From contig BK006944.2 of NCBI GenBank assembly GCA_000146045.2, forward strand, positions 1-64,000: 64,000 bases of DNA, in the 5' to 3' direction. The stretch is from TPA_inf: Saccharomyces. Taxonomy: Eukaryota. The notes under the pieces were generated by a model. The model was given only the letters and a program-made list of their open reading frames with translations, had not been told where the DNA came from and did not search any database. Position numbers and translations under genes: made by a program. Shown in pieces: positions 31,960 through 42,422 of this stretch. Position 1 is the stretch's first letter. Each line of letters begins with the position of its first letter.

Positions 31960-34107
31960 TTAGGAGAGATCGTCGAAAATATCCTTAAACCTTGGCACGT
32001 TCCCATAGCTCCTTTTGATGTTTGCAAGCCAAGTTACGGAGTTGGCAAATTGTCTTAATGTAGGTTCAACAGTAGCCAAATTTCCGTAAGCTACGGTTAG
32101 CCTATATGCGGCTTCTTCGCATTCTTGATACTCTTCCAATGGCCCATACTTGGTGTTGATGGCGTCAGCTACGATAGGCAAAAGTTCTAAATCAGAGTTC
32201 CCTTTCGTGACGAGAGCTGAATAGTTGAAAATTAGTGTGGAAACTGCAATAGCCAAATTCTGTGACTGTTTAGCAGATGCCTGAGAAAATTCAGTATCTA
32301 TAGTCTCAAAAATTGATTTATAAACTTGATTTGATTCCAGTAATTTCACACCCCAGTTTTCATTATTGAAGCAATTTACCAAAATACGCACAGTTAACAT
32401 GGTTAGAGTGATATTCTTATTGCCCAAGCCTTCTTCGATGTAATCTTTTATATCTGAAGAATAAGGTAATTTTTTTACAATCAATCGTACTATGTCGTAT
32501 GCAGGAGTCTTAATTTCCCAGTTAGATCTTATAGTGTTAGCAAATGAAAGTAGCAACTCCCAGCTTTCATCTATGTCATGTAGTGCGCCACCAATTTGCG
32601 CCAGAATTTCATCATCAAAGGTCTTCTCATTTGAATTTATTTTTACTATTCCATTGAAAATAGTATCTGGGTTATAATTTTCCATGATAAGATACTGCTT
32701 GACAGGAAGAACCTTCATTACGCTCGTTTTTGAAGGTGATACTGCAGAAGATGATGCATTATCGTTGGGCTGGTCTAGCGATATGCCATTAGTGTTCTTC
32801 AGTATGAACTGTACTACTTGATCCCTATAACTCATTGGCAGTTCATAACGAGCCAAAAAATTGTCGGCTGCTGTATATGGGTTGTCGCTGACATTAATCG
32901 GCAATTTCAAGGGAGGTTTTCCATCTTCAATATCCACATCAAATACGTAGTCATACGTTTTACCCTCGAATTCTATTTTTTTGTCGTTTCCAGTAGCACC
33001 TGCACCGACAACATCACCAACCTTTTTCCATGAAGAATTTGAAAATTGATGAGCTTCTATAGTACCTTGAGGTGATTTGACTACCACAATTTGACCCTCT
33101 TTGCGCCCCGGCGATTGTAAAATTTCATAAGGTGATAGTTTAGACTCATCAAATTCTATTGTCTTGGAACTTATAGTGGATTTTTCCACTTGCGTAGATA
33201 GTTCATTTATTTCATCCTCGGAAGCCCATCTTGACTTCTCTTGCGAAAATATTCTCACAAGATTATCACTACTTCCCACAATAATATCACCATTAGACAT
33301 ACAATCAACGGACCAAATAGAGATGGCAGGAAGTGTAATTACCTGCTTTAACGAACCATTTTCCTTTGACCATATACGGACTGTTCGGTCTTCGCCGCAG
33401 CTTACAATATCTCCATTGGGCAGCAGTTTAATGCAATAAACAAAGCTTTCATGGCCTTCATATGTTCTTAGTACGTCACCTGTATGCATATCAACCAACT
33501 TGATGAGGCCATCGTTTGAACAACTGATAAAATGGCCATCATCCACCACAGCTAAATGTCTTACTACATCATTGTGAATCCCACTGAAAGTTTTGATCAC
33601 TTTATCGTTTTGCCACAGTTTAATCGTCTTATCGGCGGAAGCTGTCAAGAATTTATTTTCTGAGAAGGATACGACTTTGGCATCCCATACAGAGGCATTG
33701 TGTGCTTGCAAATTGTAAACCAACGATCCTTCTTTCCAAACCTTTGCGGTTTTGTCCCAACTACCGCTTATCACAACACCATCTTGGAAGGATAAACTAC
33801 AAACGTTCCCTTGGTGGCCAATCAAGGTATACAAGGGATCCTCTCCTGAGGTGGCAAACAAGGGCACACCGTTGATCATAGTATCCTTACCTCCAAAAAG
33901 CAACAACTCCTTCTCGGAATCATAACACACACTATTTAAAAATCCTTGTCCTGTATAAACTACCGTACCGAGCCATTGGTCATCTTTAGACCACAAGCGA
34001 ACTGTTCCATCCCTCGAAACACTAGCAACCTTTGAATCATCCACAGCTACCACATCCCTGACGTCCTGATCGTGCCCTTTAAGTGTTGCACTCAATTGAT
34101 ATCCCAT
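31960..34107 (-). CDS. DOA1: WD40-repeat ubiquitin-binding Cdc48 cofactor (PFU + PUL domains)
   Basis: 715 aa with N-terminal WD repeats (multiple ...SxSxDxTxRxW motifs), a central PFU domain and a C-terminal PUL armadillo domain. Confidence 0.85.
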   Translation of the reverse strand: MGYQLSATLKGHDQDVRDVVAVDDSKVASVSRDGTVRLWSKDDQWLGTVVYTGQGFLNSVCYDSEKELLLFGGKDTMINGVPLFATSGEDPLYTLIGHQGNVCSLSFQDGVVISGSWDKTAKVWKEGSLVYNLQAHNASVWDAKVVSFSENKFLTASADKTIKLWQNDKVIKTFSGIHNDVVRHLAVVDDGHFISCSNDGLIKLVDMHTGDVLRTYEGHESFVYCIKLLPNGDIVSCGEDRTVRIWSKENGSLKQVITLPAISIWSVDCMSNGDIIVGSSDNLVRIFSQEKSRWASEDEINELSTQVEKSTISSKTIEFDESKLSPYEILQSPGRKEGQIVVVKSPQGTIEAHQFSNSSWKKVGDVVGAGATGNDKKIEFEGKTYDYVFDVDIEDGKPPLKLPINVSDNPYTAADNFLARYELPMSYRDQVVQFILKNTNGISLDQPNDNASSSAVSPSKTSVMKVLPVKQYLIMENYNPDTIFNGIVKINSNEKTFDDEILAQIGGALHDIDESWELLLSFANTIRSNWEIKTPAYDIVRLIVKKLPYSSDIKDYIEEGLGNKNITLTMLTVRILVNCFNNENWGVKLLESNQVYKSIFETIDTEFSQASAKQSQNLAIAVSTLIFNYSALVTKGNSDLELLPIVADAINTKYGPLEEYQECEEAAYRLTVAYGNLATVEPTLRQFANSVTWLANIKRSYGNVPRFKDIFDDLS

Positions 34108-34542
34108 ACTCCAAATCTGCTGCTCTACACCTTACTATCACACATGAATATATATATATAAAATAAGCCAAGACAGTGGCCTTCCCTTATTATCAGCGTA
34201 CTAAAATCTCATATGATTTATTTTTCGTGGTCCTGAACGAGTGTGAAAAATTTTGAAAAACTCGCAAAGGAAATGCCAAGGTCAGCAACTTTCTCGACGT
34301 CCAAGCCTCGCTCCTATTGTTTTAGTAACCTGTAGACCTTCAATATTCAAGAGCTTGCACACGCACGCATTGCTGCACTACTGCTTACCCACACTACAAA
34401 TTTAATTCCAGCTTATTGAAGTTGAAAAGGCAAGGGAAAAATACCACAGGTTTAGATAAGGAAATAGGAGAAAGGATTAGAAACCATATCCCTATAACAG
34501 TAACGATAATATTTATATACACGTATATTTTCTCGTCTAGAT

Positions 34543-36414
34543 ATGACAGGTCCAATAGTGTACGTTCAAAATGCGGACGGTATCTTCTTCAAGCTTGCTG
34601 AGGGCAAAGGAACTAACGATGCTGTTATTCACTTGGCCAATCAAGATCAAGGTGTTCGGGTCCTTGGAGCAGAGGAATTTCCTGTGCAAGGTGAAGTAGT
34701 AAAGATTGCGTCCTTGATGGGGTTCATTAAGCTAAAGTTGAACAGGTATGCCATTATCGCAAATACTGTGGAAGAGACCGGTAGATTCAATGGCCACGTT
34801 TTCTATAGAGTGTTGCAACATTCTATCGTATCTACCAAGTTTAACTCGAGAATCGATTCTGAAGAAGCCGAATATATCAAGCTACTGGAGTTGCATTTGA
34901 AAAATTCCACCTTTTATTTTTCATACACATATGATTTAACAAATTCCTTACAAAGAAATGAAAAGGTTGGTCCTGCAGCCTCCTGGAAAACCGCTGATGA
35001 ACGATTCTTTTGGAACCATTACTTAACTGAAGATTTGAGAAACTTTGCTCATCAAGATCCTAGAATTGACTCCTTTATACAACCTGTTATCTATGGGTAT
35101 GCCAAGACAGTGGACGCCGTTTTGAATGCCACCCCTATCGTTCTTGGTTTGATTACCAGACGTAGTATATTTAGGGCGGGCACAAGATACTTCCGTCGTG
35201 GTGTTGACAAAGACGGTAACGTTGGCAATTTCAATGAAACTGAGCAAATTTTACTCGCTGAGAATCCAGAGAGTGAAAAAATACACGTTTTCTCCTTCTT
35301 ACAGACAAGAGGATCTGTGCCAATATACTGGGCTGAAATCAACAACTTGAAGTACAAGCCAAATCTTGTTCTTGGAGAAAACTCATTAGATGCGACAAAA
35401 AAGCATTTTGACCAGCAAAAGGAGTTATATGGCGACAACTACTTGGTTAACCTAGTCAACCAAAAGGGCCACGAACTACCCGTGAAAGAGGGCTATGAAT
35501 CAGTCGTGCACGCGCTAAACGATCCGAAGATTCACTACGTGTATTTTGACTTCCACCATGAATGTCGTAAGATGCAATGGCATAGAGTGAAATTGTTAAT
35601 TGATCACCTGGAGAAATTAGGTTTATCTAACGAAGATTTCTTCCACAAGGTCATAGACTCTAATGGTAACACCGTTGAAATTGTTAATGAGCAACATTCC
35701 GTTGTAAGAACAAACTGTATGGATTGTTTGGACAGAACAAATGTCGTTCAATCTGTTTTAGCCCAGTGGGTTTTGCAAAAGGAGTTTGAAAGTGCCGATG
35801 TCGTTGCTACTGGAAGCACTTGGGAAGACAACGCTCCATTGTTAACTTCTTACCAAAACTTATGGGCTGATAATGCAGATGCAGTTAGTGTGGCATATTC
35901 GGGCACTGGAGCTTTGAAGACCGATTTCACAAGAACCGGTAAGCGTACACGTCTAGGTGCATTCAACGATTTTTTGAATTCAGCATCACGTTATTACCAG
36001 AACAATTGGACTGATGGTCCAAGACAGGATTCATACGATTTATTCCTTGGTGGATTTAGACCACATACCGCTTCTATCAAGTCGCCATTCCCCGACAGAA
36101 GACCAGTGTATATTCAGCTGATCCCAATGATCATTTGCGCAGCCTTGACCGTTTTAGGTGCTACGATATTTTTTCCTAAAGATAGATTTACCAGCAGTAA
36201 GAATTTGCTGTATTTTGCAGGTGCGTCGATTGTCTTGGCGCTTTCAACCAAATTCATGTTTAAGAACGGTATTCAGTTTGTCAACTGGCCTAAGTTAGTA
36301 GACGTTGGGTTCTTGGTCGTTCATCAAACGCATGATAAAGAACAACAATTCAAAGGTTTGAAATATGCACAGAGTCCTAAATTTTCCAAGCCGGATCCTT
36401 TAAAAAGAGATTAA
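34543..36414 (+). CDS. SAC1: Phosphoinositide 4-phosphatase of ER/Golgi (Sac domain), C-terminal TM anchor
   Basis: 623 aa. The catalytic CX5R(T/S) motif is CMDCLDRTN. It has two C-terminal hydrophobic helices. Confidence 0.9.
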   Translation: MTGPIVYVQNADGIFFKLAEGKGTNDAVIHLANQDQGVRVLGAEEFPVQGEVVKIASLMGFIKLKLNRYAIIANTVEETGRFNGHVFYRVLQHSIVSTKFNSRIDSEEAEYIKLLELHLKNSTFYFSYTYDLTNSLQRNEKVGPAASWKTADERFFWNHYLTEDLRNFAHQDPRIDSFIQPVIYGYAKTVDAVLNATPIVLGLITRRSIFRAGTRYFRRGVDKDGNVGNFNETEQILLAENPESEKIHVFSFLQTRGSVPIYWAEINNLKYKPNLVLGENSLDATKKHFDQQKELYGDNYLVNLVNQKGHELPVKEGYESVVHALNDPKIHYVYFDFHHECRKMQWHRVKLLIDHLEKLGLSNEDFFHKVIDSNGNTVEIVNEQHSVVRTNCMDCLDRTNVVQSVLAQWVLQKEFESADVVATGSTWEDNAPLLTSYQNLWADNADAVSVAYSGTGALKTDFTRTGKRTRLGAFNDFLNSASRYYQNNWTDGPRQDSYDLFLGGFRPHTASIKSPFPDRRPVYIQLIPMIICAALTVLGATIFFPKDRFTSSKNLLYFAGASIVLALSTKFMFKNGIQFVNWPKLVDVGFLVVHQTHDKEQQFKGLKYAQSPKFSKPDPLKRD

Positions 36415-36586
36415 TGAGTTCTATATGTGATAAAATGATGATTATTGTAAATCCAAAACGTAAAACCGAAAATATGATAAAAACGAGAAAAAAAGTAAGT
36501 TAAAAAATAAAAAAATAAAAAAATGAACGCCGGCCCCAGAGGGAAGAACAAGCTATTTATTTTCTTTTTTACTTTATCTTTCATGG

Positions 36587-36587
<1 letters not shown>

Positions 36588-36619
<32 letters not shown>
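36588..36619. repeat. (AT)16 dinucleotide microsatellite
   Basis: A perfect AT/TA run lies in the SAC1-TRP3 convergent 3' intergenic region. Confidence 0.9.
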
Positions 36620-36620
<1 letters not shown>

Positions 36621-36698
36621 TCTATAGGCTACTATACATGAAGGCGTTCGCCCTTACAACGTTAAGTTTTTTTCCCTATTGTACCGTGTAAGTTTCAA

Positions 36699-38153
36699 TT
36701 ATTCGCATAATTCATGAATGAACTTCTTCACATCGGTTGATTTCATTAGGGCTTCACCCACTAAAAATCCATGGACACCTTCTTTTTTGTATTTTTCAGC
36801 ATCGTCCCTGGTGGTAATTCCCGATAGAGCAATTAGAAGAACATCCTTTGGAATAGATTCTACCAAGTTACTGGTGGTATTTAGGTCTACGTTGAATGAA
36901 TGCAGGTCCCTATTATTGACACCTACAACTTTAGCACCAATTTCTAGAGCCCTTTGTAATTCCTCTTTGGAGTTCACCTCAACGAGAGGTTCCATGTTCA
37001 AATCTTTACTGTAGCTGTACAGTTCCTTCAATAAGGGTTGAGATAGCATCTTGACTATAAGAAGGACAGTGTCAGCTCCAGCTAATCTTGCTTCTAGTAT
37101 TTGATACTTGCTGAAAATAAATTCTTTTCTCAAAACACAAGGCCTCTCCTTGGGAGGAAATTTCAAATCTAGGATTTTCCTCACATTTACTAAATCCTGT
37201 AACGAACCGTGAAACCAATGAGGTTCGGTCAATACGGAAATTGCGGATGCACCAGCCTCTGCGTATTTGAGAGCCTGTTCAGCAGCAACAGCTTTTAAAC
37301 AAATGGGTCCCTTCGATGGAGAGGCACGCTTGACTTCAGCAAGAACAACGGCTCTTTTATGGGATGATGACAACACCGTGTAGAAATCCTGTAACGGTGG
37401 GGCAAGACCTAAATCATAGTTAGATTGTAAGTCTTGAAAGGTGAAACCTGGGATTTTAGACTGCTCATTGACGTCTATTTTACGCCGAGCATAGATACGG
37501 TCCAAAATAGAATTTGAAGGAGATGATTTGTTTTCCTCCCAAGTGCCTCCACTGACGTTTAAAATGTTCCTGATCATCAGATGACCTTCCTCGGTCAAGA
37601 TGGATTCCGGATGAAATTGCACACCTTCTACAGTGTACTTCTTGTGTCTTACACCCATGATAATTCCATTTTCGGTACTCGCAGTAACCTTCAAGCAGGA
37701 TGGTAGGGACGATTCTGTCCCGGCCAATGAATGGTATCTTGTCACAGCAATACCTTGCGGCACGTTCTTGAAAATTCCACAGTTGTCGTGAGAGATTGGG
37801 GACGTTTTACCGTGGACAATCTCACCAGCGTAGGCAACTTCACCACCAAATACGTCAAACATGCATTGCTGGCCCATACAGATTCCAAATACAGGAATTT
37901 TCCCAGTAAAGTACCGGATACAGTCTCTTGAAATGCCAGAATCTGTCTTTGGGTGGCCTGGTCCAGGCGAGATAAGCAATGTGTCGGGATTCAAGGCGGC
38001 AATTTCTGGAACTGTAATTGCATCGTTACGGTAGACGCTCACTTTGGCGCCCTCCTGGCACAAGTACTCGTAAACGTTCCAGGTAAAGGAATCGTAGTTG
38101 TCAATTAGAACCACATGCTTATTGATTGGGTTTGTTGCAGCGTGCACAGACAT
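36699..38153 (-). CDS. TRP3: Bifunctional anthranilate synthase component II (glutamine amidotransferase) / indole-3-glycerol-phosphate synthase
   Basis: 484 aa. It has an N-terminal class-I GATase with the catalytic Cys in GICMG and a C-terminal IGPS TIM barrel. Confidence 0.9.
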
Positions 38154-38269
38154 TTTTTTCTTACTTTTATGGCGTTCTATGTAGAACCAAACAGATTTGG
38201 TAATGTGTTAATACTGACCAGCTCCTTGTCGAACTTTTTGCGTACCTTAATATCTGCTATAGATTAGAA

Positions 38270-38276
38270 TGAGTCA
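38270..38276 (-). promoter_or_regulatory. Gcn4 response element (TGAGTCA) in the TRP3 promoter
   Basis: The context ATGAGTCAA lies about 120 bp upstream of the TRP3 ATG. This is consistent with general amino-acid control of TRP genes. Confidence 0.55.
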
Positions 38277-38630
38277 ACGAGCCATTGATGATCATTCAAT
38301 GATTACTACAAGAGGCATTTTCCGTCGTCAGTGATATGAATAGCACGGTGAGGTCCAGAAGAGATAGTAGGAAGTTTAATACTGGCTCAAAGGCATACTT
38401 ATATCGACAAGCTAAGCGCAAATACTACTTTGTGGTACATCATCAGCATTGCTTTCGAGAAAACAGCATTTAAAATCAGCCATTTGCTGCGCTTTCTTTA
38501 AGCCCTAACAGAAAATAGTTCAAAAAGGCCTATAAGAAGCAAAAAAAGTGAAAAATACGAAAAAATACTCCAGCGGAGGAGTATAAAAGGGAGGAAAATA
38601 CAAAATGTAGTTGTGTTGTTACGCATCTCA

Positions 38631-38657
38631 AAGAAGAAAGAAGAAGAAGAAGAAGAG
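38631..38657. repeat. Imperfect (GAA)8-9 trinucleotide repeat in the TRP3/UBA1 divergent intergenic region
   Basis: The repeat aagaagaaagaagaagaagaagaagagg is visible directly. Confidence 0.8.
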
Positions 38658-39162
38658 GACGTCGCACTTGCAAGCAAAAACAGCGACTGGCGCGAGAACA
38701 ACAAACACTAATGCATGTCTCTGTCCAGCAGGAAAAGCGAGCCTTAGTGTTTCTTATTTTCTCGTTCGCCTCACTAGTTTGTAGTAGGGTGGGAGAAACG
38801 ATGGAGTGGATTGTATGATGAGGAACCAGATAGGGACAACAGATTCTCAAGTGACGAGGAACATCTTTTAAAGCCCAGTTTTTAGTAGAGCTTAGGGCGC
38901 CTTTACTGACTATCCACTCCTTGTTAAGCTATGATCTTGTATTCATGTGATTGTAAATAATATTAGAGCTCTTTCTTGAATTGCCATTACGCTTCCATGC
39001 GGCATATTCTCGTGTAGTGTGACAAAAGGTGCGGGTGGCAAATAAAGGTAAAAGAAAATGATCAAAAAGGGCCTTTAAGTAGGATGAGCAACCGCCAATC
39101 GCTGGATATAAGCAAACAAAAAGTAAGATTAGTAGCAAAGCAAAGAACATATAACTATAGCT

Positions 39163-42100
39163 ATGAGCAGCAATAATAGTGGTCTCTCTGCCGCCGGAGA
39201 AATCGATGAAAGTCTTTATTCTCGTCAACTTTATGTGTTGGGTAAGGAAGCAATGTTGAAAATGCAAACCTCCAACGTATTAATTCTCGGCTTGAAGGGG
39301 CTAGGTGTTGAGATAGCGAAGAACGTTGTGTTGGCAGGTGTCAAATCTATGACCGTTTTTGACCCTGAGCCGGTTCAATTGGCAGACTTATCAACCCAAT
39401 TCTTTTTGACCGAAAAGGATATTGGTCAAAAGAGAGGAGATGTGACCAGAGCCAAATTGGCAGAGTTGAACGCATATGTCCCGGTTAATGTGCTGGATTC
39501 CTTAGACGATGTTACCCAATTGAGTCAATTCCAGGTCGTTGTCGCTACGGACACTGTTTCTTTGGAAGATAAGGTGAAAATCAACGAATTTTGCCATTCC
39601 TCCGGTATTAGATTCATTTCCTCGGAGACAAGAGGGCTGTTTGGTAACACCTTCGTAGACCTAGGTGACGAGTTCACAGTGTTGGACCCAACGGGTGAAG
39701 AACCTCGCACTGGTATGGTTTCAGACATCGAGCCCGATGGAACAGTGACCATGCTAGATGATAACAGACACGGGTTGGAAGACGGAAATTTTGTCAGGTT
39801 CTCCGAAGTAGAAGGTCTTGATAAGTTGAATGATGGGACCCTTTTTAAAGTTGAGGTTTTGGGGCCCTTTGCATTCAGAATTGGTTCAGTCAAAGAATAT
39901 GGCGAGTATAAGAAGGGCGGTATCTTCACCGAAGTCAAAGTACCCCGTAAAATCTCATTCAAGTCTTTGAAACAACAACTGTCCAATCCTGAGTTTGTTT
40001 TTTCGGATTTTGCTAAATTTGACAGAGCTGCTCAATTGCATTTGGGATTTCAGGCTTTACATCAGTTTGCCGTTAGACATAATGGTGAACTGCCAAGAAC
40101 AATGAATGACGAAGACGCCAATGAATTAATCAAGTTGGTCACCGATTTGTCCGTTCAGCAACCGGAGGTTCTGGGTGAAGGTGTAGATGTTAATGAAGAT
40201 TTAATCAAAGAGCTTTCCTATCAGGCAAGAGGTGACATACCGGGTGTCGTAGCATTTTTCGGTGGCCTTGTGGCACAAGAAGTGTTAAAAGCATGTTCTG
40301 GTAAATTTACTCCGCTAAAGCAATTTATGTACTTTGATTCCTTGGAATCATTGCCAGATCCTAAAAACTTCCCAAGAAATGAGAAGACTACTCAGCCAGT
40401 AAACTCTCGTTACGATAATCAAATCGCGGTTTTCGGTTTGGATTTTCAGAAAAAGATTGCCAATTCAAAGGTCTTTCTTGTCGGATCTGGTGCCATTGGT
40501 TGTGAGATGTTGAAAAATTGGGCACTTTTGGGGCTTGGTTCTGGCTCCGACGGTTACATCGTTGTTACGGATAACGATTCGATCGAAAAGTCCAACTTAA
40601 ACCGTCAGTTCTTGTTTAGACCAAAGGATGTCGGAAAGAACAAATCTGAAGTAGCGGCAGAGGCCGTTTGTGCTATGAACCCCGATTTGAAGGGCAAGAT
40701 AAATGCTAAAATTGATAAAGTGGGGCCAGAAACTGAGGAAATATTTAATGACTCCTTTTGGGAAAGCCTGGATTTTGTCACCAACGCTCTAGACAATGTC
40801 GACGCAAGAACATACGTAGATCGCCGTTGTGTGTTTTATAGAAAACCACTGTTAGAATCTGGTACCCTAGGTACTAAAGGTAATACTCAAGTCATCATTC
40901 CAAGATTGACTGAATCATACTCTTCTTCTAGAGACCCACCAGAAAAGTCTATCCCATTGTGTACCCTACGTTCTTTCCCAAACAAGATTGATCACACCAT
41001 TGCCTGGGCCAAATCTCTTTTCCAAGGTTACTTCACTGATTCCGCCGAAAACGTTAATATGTACTTGACACAACCGAATTTCGTTGAGCAAACACTAAAG
41101 CAAAGCGGGGATGTCAAGGGAGTTCTAGAATCCATCTCAGATTCTCTATCTAGTAAACCACACAATTTTGAAGATTGTATCAAATGGGCAAGGTTAGAAT
41201 TTGAAAAAAAATTCAACCATGATATCAAGCAGTTACTGTTCAACTTCCCCAAGGATGCCAAGACTTCCAACGGTGAACCATTTTGGTCCGGTGCTAAGCG
41301 TGCTCCAACACCATTAGAGTTTGATATTTACAATAACGATCACTTCCATTTTGTCGTAGCAGGTGCTAGTTTACGCGCTTATAATTATGGTATTAAAAGT
41401 GATGACTCTAATTCTAAACCCAACGTGGACGAGTATAAGTCCGTCATCGATCATATGATAATTCCAGAATTTACTCCAAATGCCAATTTGAAAATTCAAG
41501 TTAATGACGATGATCCGGATCCAAATGCCAACGCGGCTAATGGCTCAGATGAAATTGATCAGCTGGTATCATCCCTACCAGATCCTTCTACTTTGGCTGG
41601 CTTTAAACTGGAGCCTGTAGATTTCGAGAAAGACGATGACACTAATCATCATATTGAATTTATAACGGCTTGTTCTAACTGTAGAGCTCAAAACTACTTC
41701 ATCGAAACTGCTGATCGCCAAAAGACCAAATTCATAGCTGGCCGTATTATTCCTGCCATCGCAACAACCACTTCTTTGGTTACTGGTTTGGTCAATTTGG
41801 AATTATATAAACTGATTGACAACAAGACAGATATTGAGCAATATAAGAATGGCTTTGTTAATTTAGCTTTGCCATTTTTCGGTTTTTCGGAACCAATTGC
41901 TTCACCAAAGGGAGAATATAACAACAAGAAATATGATAAAATTTGGGATAGATTTGATATCAAGGGAGATATTAAATTAAGTGATTTAATTGAACATTTT
42001 GAAAAAGATGAAGGGTTAGAAATAACAATGCTTTCTTATGGCGTTTCTCTTCTTTATGCCTCATTTTTCCCTCCAAAGAAATTGAAAGAAAGACTAAATC

Positions 42101-42237
42101 TACCAATAACTCAATTGGTTAAATTAGTGACTAAGAAAGATATTCCGGCACATGTATCTACAATGATTCTCGAAATTTGCGCAGATGACAAGGAAGGAGA
42201 GGATGTTGAAGTTCCTTTCATTACCATTCATCTATGA
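39163..42237 (+). CDS. UBA1: Ubiquitin-activating enzyme E1
   Basis: 1024 aa. It has two ThiF/MoeB adenylation repeats, including [10 protein letters not shown]. The catalytic cysteine lies in [11 protein letters not shown]-terminal ubiquitin-fold domain is present. Confidence 0.95.
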
Positions 42238-42335
42238 GTAACTAATTAACCAAAATAAAAAAATAAATTAAATATATACATTAAATATGTATATATATAT
42301 GTATGACTTTTGACAACTTTTTCTTTGGTAAAAAC

Positions 42336-42364
<29 letters not shown>
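42336..42364. repeat. (TTA)9-10 trinucleotide microsatellite
   Basis: The repeat sits between the convergent 3' ends of UBA1 and STE6. It generates the spurious poly-Asn ORF at 42281..42526. Confidence 0.9.
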
Positions 42365-42369
<5 letters not shown>

Positions 42370-42422
42370 AGTCTCGAATATTTGAGTATGTTTTAGTTTT
42401 TTGTTTTATATTTTCTTTGGGT

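Noticed and set aside
38498-38850. Two overlapping minus-strand ORFs (68 and 106 aa) with poly-Ser and poly-Leu runs
   Set aside because: They are generated by the (GAA)n/T-rich low-complexity promoter segment between TRP3 and UBA1, so they are not coding.
39525-39986. 153-aa ORF antisense to UBA1. There are similar antisense ORFs in STE6 (43642..44025), EMC3 (48172..48573), SAC1 (35091..35438), FRE2 (9623..9940) and PAU16 (1912..2103, 2105..2311).
   Set aside because: They are fully embedded in the opposite strand of strongly supported genes and have no recognisable motifs. Open antisense frames of this length are expected by chance in codon-biased sequence.
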